Assembly: GCA_964016885.1 (NCBI GenBank)
Contig: OZ024741.1
Coordinates: forward strand, 126,542,001-126,606,000
DNA length: 64,000 bases
Reading direction: 5' to 3'
From: Eledone cirrhosa
Taxonomy: Eukaryota
The position numbers were made by a program, and so were the translations under genes. Every line of letters starts with the position of its first letter. The stretch's first letter is position 1. Below are positions 58,951 to 64,000 of this stretch, one piece after another. Below the pieces are notes generated by a model. It ran no database searches. It was not told the origin of the DNA and saw only the letters and a list, made by a program, of their open reading frames with translations.

Positions 58951-60842
58951 CCTTTTCAAAAATACGTGGCTTAAGTAGATCGTGGAGACTGGAGGATACG
59001 TTAGTCCTTTTTTTGTTATTCATTAGTTTTCAAAATATAGCAACTTACAGTGAAGAACTGTCTACGACGTCGAAACGTCCTTGACACCGAGAATAGAATA
59101 CTATGATTATGATATCAAGTTGTTTCCATAGTCTTCCGTGGTCAAGGTTTCAGTGTTTATATGTCTTGGCCTGCAAGAGTAAAAAAAAAAGCAACAACAC
59201 ATTATCAATCCGGTCCACAGCCAAATCGAGTTGCTAACGTCCTGCAATAAATCGGTTCTTTGCAACAGCTTCTATTAAAGTTTTGAAATCAGCTGATAAG
59301 AAAATCCAAATGGTGGCCAATTTCACCCACAAGGCATGTCCGACCTGAGATTAGGGTAAAGGGCACATGACCAAGACGCCACGCAGTGGGATCAAACTCG
59401 GGGCCTAATGATTTCAAAGCGAACCTAATAACTATTCGTCTATGATTCGTCCGCCTAGCTCGCTAGACTGATCCAGTGAGAGTTATAAATATTGTTATGG
59501 TCTCAATGTAGACTCGTTGTCTTGTATACGATCTACTGAATATGAGTTTAGATCTCCGACTCGCTTCAGTGTTGCCCAATAATTCCAGATTATTAAAAAC
59601 GAAATCAAAACGATATTTATATTAATATTAGTGTAATGGTAAAAAAATAAATGTAAATTTAATATATTTTGCCACGAGGAAAAATAAGATCAAAATTTCA
59701 AGCACAAGTCCTTCATCAAGATACAGAAGAGAGATAATAGGCAAGAAAAACGTCCAAGTATTATCTAAATGTTATGATAATAATGGATGAAGAAAGTGAG
59801 ATGTTAGGTATGTAGCTTCTGTGTAGAAGAGATTGGATATTTAGGTTAATGTATCGACCTGTACTAAACATAATGAAAGAGTTCACTTTTATTCTAACCT
59901 TTGGATATGAAGAGAAATGTATATAATATATAAAGCAATTTAGAAAAGTTTCCGAAATATTTCGTTTCTAAATTGAAGAATATCCCAGAGGAATTACGAG
60001 ATATTTTGAAGAGGTAGGGATGGTGTACTTTACTATTTATGGTTGCTATCTTTATAAATTGAGACAAACCAGAGTTAATGGGCAAATACTATCTTTTATA
60101 GCATTCTGATCTGTAATAACACGTGTAATATTACAGAAACATACGCCAGCTTCGCCTTTACTATAATATTTCCGTCTAAGGTGATTTATAACCGGCGAAA
60201 TGTTCTGTGACACTATGAAGACAATCGGTAGAGGAAAGAAAGAATGATGGGAAGATTAGAAGCAATAAGCGTTGTTCGATTTGAAATTACTGCTAGGATT
60301 ATCGACGCAGCATGGCCGAATGCTTAAGGAATTCGATTCATAATAATAAAGTCCCAGGTTCTTTCGCAAAGCGTAGTATCTTGGGATATGTTACTAACTT
60401 ACAGCTTTGGGTCGAGCCATGCATTGTGAACGAAATTGAGTCGAGGGGAAACTACTTGGAAGACCATCGGATAGACTATACCCGTAATTCAAAGATCCAG
60501 CTTTGCCACTCGCTGTCGCAGTGAATCTCCCTGAGAAGTACTTTAGGAGTACACCTACAAGTTAATTTCATAAGTACGCTGTAACGTTGATCGAAAGTCC
60601 AGAGTATCCAAACTCATTAGAGAATGTCTACATCAACTGTTATTTATCATAACGTTACTAGGTACTTAGCTGCAAATTTGTTTAGAGAGAAGAAAAGGTC
60701 TTCGACGGAAATATCTACGGAAATATATCTTTGCTAAGAAATTGAAAACAAATAAAATAAAATGAAATAAAGAATTAGATGTGACTTTACAGCCACACGC
60801 ACACATATGTGTGTCTGTGTATGTATTTATAAGTGTCTGTAT

Positions 60843-60923
<81 letters not shown>

Positions 60924-61316
60924 GTGTGTGTGTGTGTATAGATATGTATATATGTATGTATATATATGTATATATATGTATGTATATATATGTATATATA
61001 TGTATGTATATATATATGGGTGTGTGTGTGTATACACATTAATGCCTTCTATTACATCATAGTATATTACTTCAATTGCTAACAGACATTGAACGATGAC
61101 ATTGCATTAATCCATTTGACCTTAACAAACTTCAGTATCACTGATTTCATCTGACAGCAATAATATTAACGAGACTTTTCAATTGTTATTTTAGTCTTAG
61201 CCTCATAACTTATTAAAGTATCGAATACAGAAAATATCTCCGTGGAATGGTTTACACAAAAATATGCCATTTTTATCAAGAGATTTGAATCCAATCAGTG
61301 AGAGGAAATCTATATG

Positions 61317-61379
<63 letters not shown>

Positions 61380-61386
<7 letters not shown>

Positions 61387-62500
61387 TAATGAAATAACAG
61401 GAGGCTGGACTTGTGTAAATCCATGAAAGGTTTATTATACTATGATCATTTCGAAATATAATAAGTGAATGCAATAGATAAAATCCATGGGGCTGAAAAG
61501 CAAATCCCCCTCCTGGGTAAATGAATAGTACTGGTTTTGTACAAGGATGGCCTAACAATGCGGGCTGACTTTTCGCTGGCGCACCTGAAGCCTGTTATAC
61601 ATTCCTAGAGTGCTCGGAAAAATTGATTTCCATATCTTTCGCTACGCGATATCACTCAGAGTGAATGGGCTGCGCAAGCCTGTGGTCGCCGCATGCTGTT
61701 TGACGGCTAAACAAAGACATAGTCTTTACTCTATAATAAAATTCAAGTTACTTCATAAAAGACTCTTTCTTTGCTTAAACCCCGCAACCTTAAAAATGTT
61801 AAACTGTTTAACTTTCAATTTTCTAATTTCTTTAATTTTATAATGTTAATATTAAAGATTAATTTTTTAACTTCATCCTATAAATCTAAACAAAAATGTA
61901 ACGTTCCAATCTTCTGCTCACACATTATAACATACAGATCCCCACCATATTTACCCCTGCTAAAATACGGGTCATTTTGAAAATATTTTTTTCGCGCCGT
62001 TCCTGGCCTGACTGTAGTCTGACATTAGTACCGAACTTTCGACATTAACCCTGACTTTTCCTCTTCTTCCTTTTCTTCCGTCCCCATTCTTCTCTCTTCT
62101 TTCTTTTTTCTTGTGGCACGATATTAACGCTGACTTATGTTCCTCTCCCTTTCTGTTTTCCTCTATTTGACCGGTAGTAGCACACTATAAGCTTTAGCCA
62201 CGTCACTTGAGGGCGACCGGCAAGGGTGGAAGATGCTGGATGGCGGTCGTCCTCCGGTCTTTGATTTTCAGCCCCATGGTTTTTATCTATTGCATTCACT
62301 TATTATATTTCGAATACCTGATGATATCACCGGATTCATACGGAACCCGGTTATTGAAATGATCATAGTATAATAAACCTTTCAAGGATTTGCACAAATC
62401 CAGCCTCCTGTCATTTCATTATAATATTTAACTCCGCACTAGCACCACCAACTACAAAAACAAAGACGGTTGAACTGCTTTACGTTGAGTACTCTCCATA
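61380..62500 (+). mobile_element. Old PLE 3' fragment with an inverted 5' pLTR
   Basis: 61380-61499 is the reverse complement of ~62263-62428 minus a 45-bp segment; weak endonuclease C-terminal likeness (CCLTAK..LLHKRLFLC) at 61610-61843. Confidence 0.6.
62314..62371 (+). ncRNA. Type I hammerhead
   Basis: ATAC-CTGATGA-T ATCACCGG..CCGGTTAT T-GAAA-TGATCA-TA-GTAT. Confidence 0.8.
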
Positions 62501-62562
62501 TTATTACATTGAGATTGACCATACGGAATTGACCAGCTCTATCCAGTGGTGAACCTCAAACC

Positions 62563-62609
<47 letters not shown>

Positions 62610-63057
62610 ATACTAGCGTGGAAAAATGGACGTAAAACGGTGTTGATGATGATATAAGATGAATTGGCAGAATCGTTTAAACGTTGGATAGAATACTTTG
62701 CGGTATCTGTTTCGGCTCTCTGTTCTCTGAGTTCAAATACTCTCGACGTCAACTTTGCCTTTCATCTCTTCCAGGTCGTTAAGAAAAGTACCAGTATAAT
62801 ACTGGAGTTGATTCTTCATTTATATTTCTTTCTTACTTCCATTCTATCGCCAACTATCCTTCTCTTGGAGAAATGTGCTCTATTTAGTCTTGGTTTAAAA
62901 ATATCCAAGAAAAGCCGTTGTCAATACGGCACCCCAACGACTCCCTCACGTGTTACGGGATAAGAGGAAAGGATAATTTATATAAAAATTGATTTTTGCA
63001 TAATACGCAAGCCACCATTAATACTAAATTATGGAAGTTTAATAATAATTATGTGAA

Positions 63058-63495
63058 GAGGGTGGTGGATTGTCAAAATCATTTGAACGTCGGATACAAT
63101 GCTTTGTAGCAATAGGGTATGGCTGTTCACATTCTGAGTTCAAATACTACAAATGTCAGCTTAGCCGTTCATTCTTCTGGTGTCACACGAATAAAGTACC
63201 AGTAAAGTATTGTGGCTGATTTAATCAAATTTGTTCTTTCCGCAAATTTATTGGCCTTGTTCCAATATTAGAAATCAATATTTGTAAATTAACAGAATCT
63301 TCATGGCATCGAATAAAATACTTTGCGGTATTTATTCCGGTTCTTTATGTTTCGAGTTTCAATCACTCTTTAGGCTACTTTTCCTTTAACCCTTCCAGGA
63401 TAAAAAATAATAAGTACCTGTCAAGTACCGGAGTCGATATAATCGAATTTCCACTCATTCTCCAAATTACTAGTCTTTTGCCTAAAATAGAAGCT
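63058..63495 (+). mobile_element. Two diverged SINE copies
   Basis: GAGTTCAAAT B box, ATAAAGTACCAG, GGCCTTGT..ATTAGAAA. Confidence 0.6.
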
Positions 63496-63736
63496 ATTAT
63501 CATAAAGGATAGTGTGTTATCACAATCATTAACATATCGGAGAGAATAAATACAGCAAAGGTGGAGAACCGAACCGTCCATACCACACATTGATTGAGCA
63601 GCTGCTACACTCATCCTTGGAACCTGACGGAGCTCCATTATATTCCGTGTATGTATATGTATGTAGATATATCTACACACACACACACACACGCACACAC
63701 ACATACATCCACACATCCACACTTTATTCATCTCTC

Positions 63737-63778
<42 letters not shown>

Positions 63779-64000
63779 ATATATGTTTGTGTGTATGTGC
63801 AATCATTTATATAAAGCTATCACAGTGTCATCCGTTGGATGTCTTCATTCAATTTATAAAATTGAACTGAAATGCAGAATGTATTTAGGTTTATGTGCAA
63901 GAAAAGTTGAATTCAATTTACGTCCTCGTTTTACAAATGTTTTCCTTCTGTTAATAACAGTTCACACCATTTAACATGGAAGATTTTTAAAAGCCTTCAA

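Overview
AT-rich eukaryotic repeat DNA with no recognisable host protein-coding gene. The SINE types and huge (TA)n tracts suggest a cephalopod/octopod genome (inference only). The first ~43 kb is a nest of mobile elements embedded in (TA)n/(TAA)n microsatellites: three large Penelope-like elements (PLEs; RT + C-terminal GIY-YIG endonuclease) plus fragments, a 5'-truncated R4/Dong-like non-LTR element in (TAA)n, and a decayed autonomous Helitron. The last ~21 kb is mostly tRNA-derived SINEs, small MITEs and older fragments. The most striking signal, read by eye, is about 27 type I hammerhead ribozyme (HHR) motifs from roughly 11-12 families. They occur in PLE pseudo-LTRs, in fold-back palindromes and in four non-coding tandem repeats (units ~310, ~430, ~590, ~642 bp) that resemble retrozymes. 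Two unrelated families carry a compensatory U3-A8 core (UUGANAA instead of CUGANGA), and several have a pyrimidine-pyrimidine mismatch at the base of helix II. Almost all I/Y-rich ORFs in the track are microsatellite artefacts. Coordinates were counted by hand and may be off by a few bases; no searches or folding programs were run.
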